Positions 47,901 to 48,708 of a stretch of DNA of 48,708 bases are shown here, one piece after another. Numbering within the stretch: the first letter of the stretch is position 1; every line of letters begins with the position of its first letter. Source of the DNA: an uncultured bacterium. Its GTDB lineage: Bacteria; Patescibacteriota; Minisyncoccia; UBA6257; 2-01-FULL-56-20. The stretch lies in NCBI GenBank assembly GCA_963747905.1, contig CAVVHF010000011.1, forward strand, positions 1 through 48,708. The letters run 5' to 3'. A program made the position numbers and the translations under genes. A model generated the notes under the pieces. That model saw nothing but the letters and a program-made list of their open reading frames with translations, ran no database searches and had not been told where the DNA came from.

Positions 47901-48708
47901 TGAAATCTACATGATAGTTTCATTTAAATCTTGAAATCGTCATGATGGTTTCATTTAAAATTTTGAAATGGACATGATGGTTTCATTTAAAATATTGAAA
48001 TCGACATGATAGTTTTATTTAAAATCTTGAAATCTACATGATACTTTCATGTAAATTTTGAAATCGATATGATAGTTTTATTTGAAATCTTGAAAACGAC
48101 ACGATTGTTTCATTTAAATCTTGAAATCGACATGATTGTTTCATTTAAAATTTTGAGATCGACCTGATAGTATTATTGTAAATTTTGAAATCTACATGAT
48201 ACTTTCACTTGAAATCGACATGATAGTTTCATTGAAAATCTTGAAATTGACGTGATAGTTTCATTGTAAATTTTGAAATCTAGATGATAGTTTCATGTAC
48301 ATTTCAAGATTTTAAATGAAACTATCATGTCGATTTCAAATGAAAGTATCATGTAAATTTCAAAATTTTAAATGAAACTATCAAGTCGATTTCAAGATTT
48401 AAATGAAACTATCATGTCGATTTCAAGATTTAAATGAAACTATCATGTAAATTTCAAAATTTTAAGTGACACTATCATGTCGATTTCAAAATTTTAAATG
48501 AAAGTATCATATCGATTTCAAGATTTAAATGAAACTATCATGTCGATTTCAAGATTTTAAATGAAACTATCATGTCGATTTCAAGATTTTAAATGAAACT
48601 ATCATGTAAATTTCAAAATTTTAAATGAAACTATCATGTCGATTTCAAGATTTAAATGAAACTATCATGTAGATTTCAAATGAAACTATCATGTAGGTTT
48701 CAAAATTT
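44906..48708. repeat. AT-rich 31-32 bp tandem satellite, roughly 120 units, running off the window end
   Basis: Consensus AAATGAAACTATCATGTMGATTTCAARATTTT. No unique spacers and no ORFs in the track. Orientation flips near 45030, 45515, 47538 and 48298. Confidence 0.97.

Noticed and set aside
44906-48708. CRISPR array
   Set aside because: Units are head-to-tail with no unique spacers, orientation flips, and there are no cas genes.

Overview
The window has three compositionally distinct parts. (1) 1-1193 is a very GC-rich, repeatedly frameshifted fragment of a PAS-GAF-PAS sensor gene. It looks like foreign, unpolished sequence joined to the rest. (2) ~1194-44900 is a compact, moderate-GC bacterial chromosome whose gene content and style suggest CPR/Patescibacteria (inference). 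It carries murI, tyrS, clpP, hppA, nusA, an NRAMP-like transporter, an M49 peptidase, tmRNA, infC-rpmI-rplT, polX, a membrane-anchored Clp ATPase, UDG, tRNAs, rlmB, htrA, leuS, tatD, metG, an M16 peptidase and a coiled-coil lytic transglycosylase. Its first ~2 kb (1194-3235) is an inverted copy of 3535-5573, probably an amplification or read fold-back chimera. (3) ~44906-48708 is a non-coding, AT-rich 31-32 bp tandem satellite with four orientation switches. The most notable biology is a split in expression signals: core genes look leaderless, while about eight small solo ORFans each carry a strong SD and usually their own promoter and terminator. Other notable items are an alphaCTD-like gene inside the infC operon, a membrane-anchored Hsp100 with a degenerate first ring, an Fe-S-less family-4 UDG, and two candidate structured RNAs. 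All calls come from reading motifs by eye; no searches were run.
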